From: Podarcis cretensis
Taxonomy: Eukaryota
Reading direction: 5' to 3'
DNA length: 64,000 nucleotides
NCBI GenBank assembly: GCA_951804945.1
Contig: OX638159.1
Location: 32,178,001 to 32,242,000 of the forward strand
Shown: piece after piece, positions 24,586 through 36,690 of the stretch
Layout: each line of letters starts with the position of its first letter
How positions within the stretch are numbered: position 1 is the first letter of the stretch
Program-made: the position numbers and the translations under genes
The notes under the pieces: model-generated
What the model was told of the DNA's origin: nothing
The model's input: only the letters and a program-made list of their open reading frames with translations
Databases searched by the model: none

Positions 24586-24833
24586 AGAAGAAGAAGAAGA
24601 GTTTGGATTTGATATCCCGCTTTATCACTACCCGAAGGAGTCTCAAAGTGGCTAACATTCACCTTTTCCTTCCTCCCCCACAACAAACACTCTGTGAGGT
24701 GAGTGGGGCTGAGAGACTTCAAAGAAGTGTGACTAGCCCAAGGTCACCCAGCAGCTGCATGAGGAGGAGTGGAGACATGAACCCGGTTCCCCAGATTACA
24801 AATCTACCGCTCTTAACCACTACACCACACTGA
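24586..24833 (-). mobile_element. tRNA-derived CORE/L2-tailed SINE (Squam2-like)
   Basis: Head CAGTGTGGTGTAGTGGTTAAGAGCGG, core CTGGGTGACCTTGGGCTAGTCAC, (TTC)n tail. Confidence 0.8.
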
Positions 24834-25762
24834 CTCCCTAGCTAGCTAAAACTGCTGTGTAAAAAACAGCCTCATCCCCTGACTCTCACAGTTTCAGAGT
24901 CAGACGGTAAACAGTACAGCATCAGGATTTGCAACAGGACTTAAATGAAATGAAAGCAATGCTCCAGAGATGATCATACTACCCACATTCCTGAACAAAT
25001 GGGAGGGTGAATGATTCAGCAAGTCATACGCTCAACCTCTGATCTGTTGCTATGGTAACCCAGTGCACCTGCTCTCTTATCTCTGAACATCCAGGTGTGG
25101 GTGATGTGCTCCTCAAGACATGAGACCAAGCACTGTGTAATTTAACCCATTGCTCACATTACACCAACAGGGATATCTAAAGGGCATCCTGAACTGTGTG
25201 GAATGTGTGTGCTCCTTGAGGATGGATCCAGAGATAAAATGAGTTGCCCTGAAAATCACAGGACTTAAGTTAGCCATGCCTATCTTTCCCCATTGAGTTC
25301 AATAGGACCTAAGTGTTACTTAGGCTAGATTGGACCCTGGCTGTTACAGTACATTGATGGATAAAATAAATAAGATCAACAATGGGACATATTCTACAAC
25401 ACAGCAGTATTGTGAGCCCTGCTTCATCCCTATGCTTGCAAAGTGCTTCTGAGATCTCGAGATCAAGTAGTTATTAAGTGGGGAAGTATTGTTACTTTTA
25501 CAGCCATCAGGAAACAGTGTTTCATGGGGAGGGGACCGCACATCTATTTGCAGCTTGATTCAAGATGGGGCTCACAACTACGCAGAAGAAGAACATAAAT
25601 GTTTTAAACAATTTTTTAAAATATTAAACTATGAGATCTTCTAAATCTACACTAACTGCTTTGCTGCAAGCACTGCATGTGCAATTACCTAGCACTTTGG
25701 GAGACTCCACTTCGGCATAATTCCCTTACTGATCTTCTTAGATACTGAGTATTTATACTCAC

Positions 25763-25834
25763 CCGCACCATTTTCCACTCCACTCCAATCAGCACACCCA
25801 TCTCCTTCTTTGATGAAACATTTCTCCCTGATCC
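25763..25834 (-). other. Candidate 72-nt cassette exon, gene unassigned
   Basis: (TC)n-ctctccag|G acceptor, CGG|gtgagt donor; length is a multiple of 3; two frames are open. Confidence 0.45.
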
Positions 25835-25838
25835 CTGG

Positions 25839-25842
<4 letters not shown>

Positions 25843-25886
<44 letters not shown>
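25843..25886. repeat. (GA)n microsatellite
   Basis: Direct reading. Confidence 0.95.
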
Positions 25887-25889
<3 letters not shown>

Positions 25890-26794
25890 ATGCCTCCTGT
25901 GGCCACTCTCTTCCATCCAACAGTATTATGCTGAAGCAGACGAACAAACAAGAAAACACATTTTGGCATGTTGGATATATATTTTGAGGGATGTGGAGGA
26001 AGCAGTGTGCTTCAAGGCATGCTACGAACAGTTTCTGTAGCCTAGCCCCAAGGGTACCGCTTGACCTATTTGGCGTGGGATCTGATAATCCCCTCCAAAT
26101 CCAAAAGATCTTCGTAAACTGCAAGAAACTGATGTATCTGATAGGCTTGGAGGTGCATTTGTTTCTGACAATTGCAATGAGTCTGGCCAGAGCTGACAGG
26201 CCACTTTCCATCTAAGGCTAGTTGCACTGACTTCATTTGCCAAATCTGCACTATTTACTCATTCTTATCTGTTCAAGATATAGTTTTATTTTGAGCATCA
26301 AGCTAGGATTCAATTTATTGTTCTATTGGGCTTTCTTAAGGAAAGAAAACTAAACAAAAAAACCTTTATTTTAAAAGAAAAGAAAAACAGTTTAACCTCA
26401 TCTTTAGTTTATCTCTACTGTCATAGTTCATTAAAATGATGACTGCAGCTGGGATAAGTCCTGGTGATAGAAGAAGAAATTAATCTATTTAATAACCCAC
26501 TTTTATAGAGTAATGCAAGACTGAGAGAACAATTGCAGCTCAAGCCAGGAGAATATTGTTTCCAAATATGGGGAGCTTGAGCATCATTGCAAATATTGGG
26601 TTTCTGCTATGTCTCTTTTTACACTTCTGAAAGCAGATGAACTGTTTGCTCAGAAATAAGCCCTGTTACATTTAGAGAGACTTTCAAATAGCTGAGTGTG
26701 TATAGGACTGAGCAGTGCTAACCATCCCATACATTCACATAAACAACTGCATGTAAACAAGTGACCCAAGCAATCACAATATATGCCTGGGAGA

Positions 26795-27330
26795 ATTTAT
26801 TTATTTTAAAATATTTATACACTGCCAATTTTTTTTTAAAAAAACCCAAGGTATGAACAGCATAAAAGTTACATCAATAAATATCAATGGCAATAAACAA
26901 AGCAATTAATCAGATTAATAATGATTAGTAATGAATTTAACAGGCTCACCCACCAGGGAAAGCCTGGATGAACAAATGTGTTTTAAGTAGGTGCCTATAT
27001 TCCAGTACTGTAGACACCAGCCTGATAGTTACAGGGAGCACATTCCAAAGGGCTTGGACCACAACCCTAAAAGCCCCCTCTTTTTGTTGACATAAGGTAA
27101 ACCTCATGAGTGTGTGACCAGGCAGAGGTATATAAAGTAAGACAGTCCCAAAGATAACTTAGTCTCAAGTTGTTCAGGGTTTTATATGCCAAACTTGAGC
27201 CTGTATCATATTGGAACCTAGTGCAGTTTTTTCATCAGTGGTGTTACATATTGTCAAAAGGATACCCCATCCTGCAAAGTTGCTGCAGCATTCTGCACCA
27301 GGACCAGTCTTAAAGGAAGCCCAATCATAG
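26795..27330 (-). mobile_element. Old L2 LINE fragment
   Basis: Decayed L2 3' motifs (AAAGCCTGG, CATTCCAAAGGG, GCTGCAGCATTCTGCACCA). Confidence 0.55.
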
Positions 27331-28313
27331 ACTTGTCTGAGGAATGTGCATCAAGTTAATTGTTGCTGGTCATATCCAGGATTGTAATGTCCACACATAA
27401 CATTTGACCAGATGAACATGAAGTCAAAGTGTGGGATCAGCCCTGAATCAAAGTGTGGCTTCTGAACACACATGAACACACACACAAGAGAGAGGGGGGG
27501 GGGGCGGAGTTGGTGCCTACAATAAACTTTGGAGGGTTTGTTTTTTTAAAAAAAATTTGGAAGAATATTATATGGGAATATTAAGATACCATTCCAATAT
27601 TCATACATTCATTCTCTCTCTCACACACACATCCATTTATACCCTACCATCTTGGAACCCAAGGTGACATTCCCATGGAGCCCCTCCACCCAGGCCCAGA
27701 GAAGACCCAAATCTGCTTGGCTTCAGAAAGTTAGTGGCTTCAAGTGGTTTCAGACCATACCCTGGACCTCTAGATATTTTGTAATGAGTCACAGTGGGAG
27801 AGCCACTGGAATAGTATTTTTTCCAAGGACAACTTTTTTGAGTGGGGGTCCCAGGGGCATATGCAGGTCAGTCACTGGTGAATTAGTGTATCAAGTCTTT
27901 AAAATAGAGGGTACAGTCTATTTCAACATGCATAATGACTATTAAACTAAATTAAAAACTAAATTAATTAAACGAGGAGATTCCCATTTCAAAATCTAAT
28001 AAATAAATGCTGGGGGGAGGGGTTCATGAAAAGTGATTTTTTTAAAACACATTTTAATACTAGTATCACAATCCTATGCATGTCTGGTTACAAGTGAGTC
28101 CTACTGAGTTCTGCAGATGTTATTCACAGTCCTAGATAAGCGTGTATAGGAGTGTAGGCTGCTTGTAATCTTCTACACAACTCCCTGGGAGTTCTAGTGA
28201 AATCAAGTCGTAGTGAATCGGCCTGCTTTTGTGTCATTATGCATAGGGATTGCATTGTTATCCCAGTTAAGCTAGAGGAAGATGGAATGTACTCCCTCCT
28301 CAATACTCAATCC

Positions 28314-28593
28314 TGGTGTTGCCGTATTTCAAAAAGTAACATTCCTGACACCCACAAAGTTGAGCTTTTTTTAAAGAAGACCCCAAAATTGTTGAACTTT
28401 TTTTAAGAAACCCACCAAAATTGTTGAGCGATTTAAAGCTTTTTGAGCTATTTCAGCTGCTTTTTCTTTCACATTGCCATGCAGCTGGGTTTCCCCTGAC
28501 ATTTTTCTGGTTCGGCAAAATTCCCCCCCGACACCATCTTTACACCTGAAAACCAGGACATGTCAGGAATTTTCCTGACGTATGGCAAGCCTA
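28314..28593. mobile_element. hAT (Blackjack-like) MITE
   Basis: TIRs TGGTGTTGCCGTA / TATGGCAAGCCTA; 8-bp TSD CTCAATCC / TTCACTCC; three internal ~30-bp tandem units. Confidence 0.75.
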
Positions 28594-29386
28594 TTCACTC
28601 CTTGTGAATTACCTTGAAGTTACTGATACAGGAAGGACTGAAGCAAACAGACAACAAATTGTAAAGCAACCTTCTCTGTTCCCTGCACATATGTGTATAT
28701 GATGCCTGACCTTTTGAATGAAATTGCTTAACTCAGTTTTAACCATGTGAAATGGTTGCTGGAATCACCACTTGGGACTCAACCCTTGACGCGCTTTCTA
28801 TGGTGTGTTGCGCAGTTATGAATTATGGCAGAATAGCATTGTTTCGATTTGCACTGTGGAGCTGACTTGGGAAACAAGAAACAACATTGGCACTGTTTTT
28901 TCCTTTGGGGGATTACTAAAAAGGTCTATCAAGAGCTTCACCAAAGAGCTTCCTGATCACTAAAAAGCCTCATCCTGAAGCCAGCTCTGTCAGCTGTTAG
29001 GGCTAAGTGAATATCTGTTCTAATTACAGGGGGGAAGCAGACAGCATTTTTCATTAACATTATTAATAGTCACTAGACCCTTACCATCTGTCTTGGAGGC
29101 ATGGATCTGATTCCTGAAGAGAAATGTCACCAGCCTGGAGCATAATTCCGAGGTTAAGGAAAACAGACCATCGGGGCTCCAACACCTCTTGTTACCAAGG
29201 CTTTTCAGTCTTGGCTCAGAAGCACATATTGATTTTGGCACACAGACTGCAACCTAGCCTTTAGATGTCAAATCTGTTACTGTGCTTCTTCCCACTATAA
29301 CACTGCTCAGCTTGCCAGCAGAGAGACTTTTGATATTTGTGGTCAGCTGGGAAGGAGGCCTTTGTTGCCAAAAGGATTTTTAATTT

Positions 29387-29389
<3 letters not shown>

Positions 29390-29466
<77 letters not shown>
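29390..29466. repeat. Compound (CA)n(GA)n microsatellite
   Basis: Direct reading. Confidence 0.95.
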
Positions 29467-29468
<2 letters not shown>

Positions 29469-32344
29469 ACTGGGCTGGAAATGCCTTTGCTGTGCTTCAG
29501 TTGTGATGTATAACGGTAGTGATGCTGTGCAGTTGGAGAGTGGAAGCCCCAAATGAGATTTTCTGTGCTCAAGAACCAAGCAGGATTCTACAAACAGGAA
29601 GTTGCCTGTCTAGCTAAGAATTGTCTACATCAGGGGTGGGGAGCTTGGGGCCCTGCAGATGAGTCTTCAACTCTCATCAGCACCAGCCTCCATGGATAGT
29701 GGTCAAGGATGATCAGTGCCGCAGTCAAACAACCTGTGGAGGTTCCCTACATCCAGGGCTTGAGACAGGAGTCTTTCTTGAGATGCCTACCTTGAAGATG
29801 CAAGAGATTGAACCCTGGGGCATTTGCATGTAAGCATATGGTGTACCACTGAGCTATGATGATGTGGCAGCCAGGGAAGATCCAGCCAGTGATACAATTG
29901 CCAGGAGCAAAACTGACATTTATCTACCTACGATTGTGTGAATATTTGTCTGCATCACCATGGCTGCAATCTGACATCGGGGCTGTTGCATTAGTTTTCC
30001 TGGTTATAATGCTAGCACTTCTGTCCCAATTTCAAATGTTCCTTTTACATTGTGGCATTATGGAACTGAGGTATTTTGATAGCTACACCTCCATGCTGTA
30101 CTAAATTTTAAAAAGAATTGCATGTCAAGATACCACCCCAAATTTGTCACGTGAAATTATGACACAAAACTCCTGCAATTTTCAAAGTTAACAAGGTGGC
30201 AAATGGATTCCCCCCCCCCCTGGAAATAATTATCAAGGAAATTAGCACATTTTTTCCCTCTAGATTCCACTAGATTCCCAGAAGTGGCTTTTATGTTGTG
30301 TAAAATAATCACATAAAATTATTATGTCCACTCCCAGCACAGCAAGCACCAGAAAAGGCTGATGTGAAGTTGCCGGTATTTTCAAATGTCTACATGCAAG
30401 AGGACATGCCACTCATCCACCTTGGCCAAACTATTTCGAATCAAACCAAGGGAACTTCAACCCATTCTTCATGAAGATGAGGATTTAGAAACACTGCAGT
30501 TCAACCTTTTTCTGCATGCAATACATGGCATACAAAGAAGCTTGCTCCCAAGTGATTTTACAGCTTAATCCCATGCTGTTTGGCACCCCTAAAACCATGG
30601 GTTTGGACTCAAGAGCCCCAAACTACATTGGATTGCAGCTTTGGCATATTTTCAGATTCACCCTTTGCAAACAGTGGAAAAAAGCACGATAAGCACTCAT
30701 GTGTAAACACCCTCTTTTCAATTCTTATGTTTGATGGAAGTCCTTTTCAGGTTACCCGAAATGGAGACAGTCCAAATCTGGCAGTCCAAAGACTCATCTT
30801 TTCATGAATCAGGAAGTTCTGGCATCACTATTTCACATCTCTTGTTTCATCATGTTTACTCAGAAGTAAGTACCTTTGAGCTCAATGAAATTTACTGCCA
30901 GATGAACGTGTATATGATTGCAACCTTAAAGTAGTCCATAAAGAAAGCTTTTGATTGATACTAAGACAATGTAGAAAACGTGACTACATTCCCCCCCATG
31001 TAAATTCTGAATGACCTCCCCAATAATCATTGTCACATGATGTATTCAGTGCTTATGCTATAAGGAACCAATGTTAGTTCCCATCCCATCTTGCCAGCTG
31101 TTTCTGCATATGCGTCACTAATTATGTGCATTAATTTGCCCAAGATTTACATGTATTAATTATGTATACAGTATGGTCACCTGCAACAATGTCTTTGGAT
31201 TAAGACTTAATCCTGTTACTAGAATTTGTGAAGTGAACTTTCACTTGTCTGTGTGGTCATTATTAACTAGGACATATGAACTATGACGCTAATGAAATAT
31301 GTATTCATATTAAGAAAATGTATCATTTCCAGTTCCATAATACCAAGGGGTGTTTGTGTATGTGTGTTTAATGGTAACATTATCAATATTTTGTCATGCT
31401 GAGCTCTGCAGAAACTGGGACTTAAATTTTACCTATCCCTGGTTCCTCAGTGAATGAATGGGTTGTACTCAACCCAGTTTTACTCAGAGTAAATCCATTA
31501 AAATGAACAACCCTAACTCATTTCTATTGATTTCAATGGATCTACTCTGAAAAGGACTTAGAGTGAATACAACTCAATATGATTCCGCTATGCTGGTCCT
31601 GATTGTGCTCTAAAAAACAGTTTTACCGGGTACATTAATTAGGACAGCTGTTTTAAGCTGATTCACCAATATTTGAGACACACATAGGGTCCTCCCCACA
31701 TACTTTTTATATATGGAGAGGTAAAAATGTGCAGAAAATAGTGATTGGTGTATATCACATTTCCACACCATTATTTTCTGACATTGTAAAGTCAACATGA
31801 AGGTATGGGTCTCCCTGCTCCCTTATATCAATTTTGCATCATGAATATCCTTATATCCTCATAGAGTGTGAGCTGGAAAGTACCATCACAGGATAAACTC
31901 TAATTGCCTGTGGGTTCCCTTCAGGAAGTAGAATACCACCTCTTAACATGTAAAAAATATATACCATAGGCTTGTACCCATGCCTGTTTACTCTGCATCC
32001 AGCACACTCTGGTTTGGGAAGCCACACAAATATACAATATATACTCCATAGTCTCCAGCGGTCTACATTCATACCACCTTGCCATTTCTCCCACCAGTCT
32101 TCTCGCAGCTCTTGTCTAAACTCAGAGCTTTCACAGATAAGTGGAGGCAGATTTCTGCGGTGATTTTTGTGCTCCCGGTGGAGACCAGTTTCACCAATCT
32201 CTAGGTGTGCCTTTGGCTGGTTTTGCTTTCTTGTGGCCTATCCAAGTAATTGGTCTGAGTTTCTAGAGTGAGCCCAAGTGGGGCTCCTTCTCTTCCTCCT
32301 AGCTGCTTTCTGTTCAACCTCCCCACCTCTGTTTTTGAGTATTA

Positions 32345-32649
32345 AATGCTATTGAACATCAGCCTTGCCCTGTGGGGATCCCTTCCAGACAACCACTGTG
32401 CTTGGAGACAGAGAGTCAGGTTGTGTACCCACAGCAGTGACGAGAGAAGGAAGGGAGCGCAGAGAGAAGAAATGCCATGGTGCATCTGCAGCATGGATTG
32501 TTTTATCTACCTGAGCTGCAACAAAACATGTCTTTTCCTCATCGGTTTCCACAGCGACAGCAGATGCTACAAACTTCCAATAGTTTGACTTCATCCCAAA
32601 AGGCATACTCCTCCATTGTCTCCTGAGATGGACGGATGCCAACAACAAC
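32345..32649 (+). mobile_element. RTE LINE 3' fragment
   Basis: Decayed C-terminus WGSLPDNHCAWRQRVR...FIYLSCNKTCLFLIGFHSDSR resembles the RTE CxxC...RIGLxSH motif; (CAA)n tail. Confidence 0.75.
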
Positions 32650-33093
32650 CTGCTTCTAGGGTTTCATGTTGCGTGTATGTGGACAAATCTCTCATTATTT
32701 GAAGCACTATTTTCGGTTACTGTCATCACTGCATGGGACAACGGTCTTGCTACCTAAGCAAGTCTAAGGCAGAAGGCATTAAAGCAGATGGCGCTGTTGA
32801 AAGCTCCTAAAATTATATCAGATAATTTCAAAATGCCCTTTTGAAAAGAGGTGTTCTTTTTAGGAGAGTGTAAGACCGGCAGACAGTGTGATCATTTCCA
32901 TAGAAGGGCCACACAGAGTCTGGACAAGGGACAGACAATTGTTGAAACTCCTTGGAGGGACCTTTGAACAGCATCTTGCACTTGGAGTCCATATAGTTGT
33001 GAAACTGGATTCTGTCCCCCCTTTCCTTTTCTTTTTAGGTTGTGCTCTGCTCCGCCTCTCTTCTCTCTCTTTCTCGTCGTGTCATTCACTCAG

Positions 33094-33114
33094 CTGCTCC
33101 ACGCCATGTCAAAG
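33094..33114 (+). other. Candidate 21-nt microexon (or 3' part of a 33039-33114 exon)
   Basis: Long pyrimidine tract 33010-33077, ctcag| acceptor, AAG|gtgact donor, open in all three frames. Confidence 0.3.
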
Positions 33115-33755
33115 GTGACTGACCTTTTCCCTCGGATGACAAAAAAGCACTGGGAACGGATTGTGCTGACATAATTTGTCAGTCGGTGTTTTTAAAAAGA
33201 GATGAACAAGGAGTCTAAATGCAAAGCTTTGTCTTTGGAGTGTTGTCTCTTTAACCAGATTTTCTTTAAATTGCAATAAAGGCAGTCACTTCCATTTACT
33301 CCCAGGCCCTTTGGTACAGAGTAAACTTCCTACTAATCTTTCTTTGCTGAATTTAAATTTGATGCCTATCTCCCCCATGCAGTCCACTGCTTCTCTTAGG
33401 CAAGTTGGAATCTCACTGATTCCCACCCCCTCCTGTCAGCAGATCCAATTCATGTTGATTTTTAAGAGAAATTTATTGAAAACCCCCATCCTGCCCCACC
33501 TCAGGTGAAGACTGCAACAAACTCTGGCCTGCAAATATTGGAAAGCTGAAGGCAGCTTCTGTAAGGCCAGTTTCCTTTGGAGAAGAAATAACTACTAATC
33601 TGGGGTGTCTGTCATTGGTTATAACAGGAGTGCATAAGTCCGTGTGCAATTCTAGACTCACACCAATGACTTAGTGACTTGTTTCCTTGTGGAAACAGTA
33701 CAAAAAGCAAGAAAGTACTGAACAAGAGACAGTACTAGTACCACATGAATATGTA

Positions 33756-33905
33756 CATAGAATCATAGAACTGTAGAGTTGGACAGGATCACAAGGGTAC
33801 TCTAATCCACACACACATCCCGGTAATGCAGGAACCTATTGCCCAATGCGGAGCTCAAACCCACAACTCTGAGATTAAGAGTCCCATGCTCCACCAACTG
33901 AGCTA
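33756..33905 (-). mobile_element. tRNA-Lys(CTT)-derived SINE with CR1 tail
   Basis: TAGCTCAGTTGGTGGAGCATGGGACTCTTAATCTCAG head followed by a CCAACTCTACAGTTCTATGATTCTATG tail. Confidence 0.8.
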
Positions 33906-35205
33906 ACATGTTCTGCCACCATAATTCCCTGTGGGTGCATAGCCCACAATGCACACATGGAGCTTGTGCACCTGCCTGGACTTTTCTATATATTTTGGTA
34001 AACTGGGAAGCTTCCTGTTCATAAGTGGGTGGTGGTATCTGATTGTCATCCTTCTGCTGAAGGGCAGTCTCCATCAGTGGAATGGGATGGTAGAAAAGAC
34101 AATTGCTCTTCACCTTGCATCCCCCCGCCTTGCATTCCAGAGGAGATCTGGGGTGTGGGGGGCTTTGTGGGGAAGGGAATCACCCAGAATTACTTTCCTC
34201 CCTGTTCTGCTGATGTATGCCTTTTGTCAGCAGAAGGGTGGTAACTGGATACCACCCAGAGTGTCTGTCTCCATTGCAGTGAGGCTGCACATGCAACATT
34301 TCTAACCAGGTTGGGGAAAAGAAATAGCAATGCGATATATATACCCTCTTTTCTCTGCAAAAACTTTAATCATATTCCATTTCTTTCCAGCATTCCGCAT
34401 TAATTTCTTGTCTTCTTTAGGCAACATTTCATAACTAAGAACTACATACACAGAGACAGGCAACATGTACCTGGGCAACTGTGAATCTGTGTGTTGTGTT
34501 AACAACTCCCATGGATCTATCAAAGCTGTGAGGAGAGCATAGCTATTAATTAATGGGAGATATTACCATAACGGAGACATTGTGAGAGTCTTCATAGAGC
34601 TGTCAAAACATTAGGTGAGTTCTATGCAACTGGCATTCACATTCCTGACAAAACTGTATCTAAAATTTTGCTTTCTTCCCTTTGTTAGGCAAATGCAACA
34701 AAACAGGTTTTTGTGCCACCTACTAATCTTTTATCAATCAGGAATAAGTGTTTATGGCAAGCAAATCAAGTTTATTTTCATACCGAAGACATCTGTGAAA
34801 GCTATGGAAGATAATCCAAAAACTAAGAGCAACTTGGAGGGTGGGTGGGGAATTCAGATGTTGCTCCAATTAAATGGTGCAAAATATGTTGCTTGTCCAT
34901 ACTAATGCTAGCAGCATGTGAATAAGCAAACAAAATGATTGATGAACAGCCACTATCATCTGTGGGAGAGCCTGACTGCTCCTGGTGGCTCAGGATGGAG
35001 CTTTCTGAACATGATTGTGGGAAGAGTGAATGACAACACCTTTCAAGCTAATCAAAAAATAATCTTCCGCCACTGATTCTGACCCCTCACCCAGAGATTT
35101 CCCACTTTCTGTTTGAGAACCTAAGGAGGAAACAATTTTGGTCAAACCGTGCAACCTTGGATTTGTTTACCACACCTATATGCTGCCCAGTAATTGCTGG
35201 TTGGC

Positions 35206-35714
35206 TGTCAGCGGCCAGGCTGAGGAGTACTGCTCTGATGAGGAATGGTGGGAGTCTCCCCATCCCCACCCCCTGCTCCTGACCAGGATCCTGAAGCTGC
35301 CCAGGAGCAGTGGAGCAGTATAGATTTGGAACAGTTGTTTGCAGAGGGGCATAGTTCTGAAGACCAAAGTTGGGGTGAACTGAAGGGTGAACAGCAAAGT
35401 GAAGAAGAACTGGAAGATAGTGAACAGACTCACTCTCGCTAGAAAGTGTTCCCCTTATCAGTCCAAGGTCACGTAGAGCAGATAAGGTGGCTACACAAAA
35501 TGCACAGTGGTTGCGAGATCAGGTTGCAAGATGCAAAGTGATTGGGGGGAAGTGGGGGAAAACCTTAATTGGGAACACCGTCGTTCCGAGAATGGCTACC
35601 TTGTTCTTTTGCTGTGATCATTAAAGATTCTTTAAATGGTAAGTGACTCTTTTCGCTTTGTCCTGCTTATCTACGTCCAAAGGGGCGGGGGAGGCGAGTC
35701 CCCGAAGCCTGACA
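35206..35714 (+). mobile_element. Gypsy-type solo LTR
   Basis: TGTCAG...CTGACA termini, 5-bp TSD TTGGC/CTGGC, ATTAAA signal near 35620; interrupts an old L2 tail. Confidence 0.85.
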
Positions 35715-36427
35715 CTGGCTTACAGTATCAATAAAATATTAAAATAAATCACCAAACAATAAAACAGGAGATTTAAATAACAATATTTTAAAAAGATATA
35801 GGAGATCTTTGAAAGTCTTAAAAGACATCAGAAAATAAAATAAAAGACCTGGTACCAAAATGGCTCCAGGTGAGCCTCTTTAGATAAAGCGTTCTATAAG
35901 TGGGGTGCTAACACCAAAAAGGCCCTATTCTTAATATTCACTTAGTAGCCCTCCAGGCTGGTCTGGGTATATTCTGCAAACATATTTGTTGCCACAATAA
36001 TAGTGCGTTAGTAATGGATTATTCTGCTTTACTTTGTTCTGTGATGCTTCTCCAAGGCATTATTGCTGTCAGGAGGAGCTATAATGCTACAAAAGTGGGA
36101 CAACAATAAACCAGAACATCTGTGGTATAAATGATTTCAGCAGGAAGTTACTGGATATCCACTGACACGAAATGAATCAGTGTGACTACCTCAAAATGTG
36201 TTCGGACACAAACAGTATTGAAAGTGTGGTTGTATATGACTGCCCTGATAGCATCATGTGGACAAATCATCATGAATGTGCATTTAAAAAGGATGTCTGG
36301 AAGAACCCTTGGTGGCGGCCCAGGAGAAGATCCTGTGAAGATGGCCTCAAGATCTAGGTAGGTCTATATGGAAGGATCCTTCAATTAACCTGATCCCAGG
36401 ATCTCAGGGACAGCACTTTATAACCCT

Positions 36428-36690
36428 AGGCTGCTTCCAGACTGTTTATATTGTGTCAGTGGGGTTCATTTGCATACTAGCAAATTCATGTCATGCAATT
36501 AAAGTTGATTTGGCACTTTTGAACAACCGATCCACATTTCAAAAGAAGCAGACTTTTTGTGGTAAGGAAAGTGGCAGGAAAATACACTGGAAAGGTGAGA
36601 TAACAATTGCTTGACATGATGTCCTATAACTCTCCACAAGCAAATTAGAATGAATGCCCAAGAGACAGTGGATGTCACGTAACATCCAAA
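36428..36690 (+). mobile_element. Ancient non-autonomous repeat, copy 2
   Basis: Homologous to the reverse complement of 290-542. Confidence 0.55.

Noticed and set aside
28340-28435. CRISPR-like ~30-bp repeats
   Set aside because: Tandem units without spacers inside a hAT MITE in eukaryotic DNA.
31851-32237. Stop-free minus-strand frame of about 128 codons
   Set aside because: No good splice or start signals and no recognisable domain; a few frames this long are expected by chance in 64 kb.
33840-33905. tRNA-Lys(CTT) gene
   Set aside because: Acceptor and T arms are degenerate and it is fused to a CR1 tail, so it is a SINE head.
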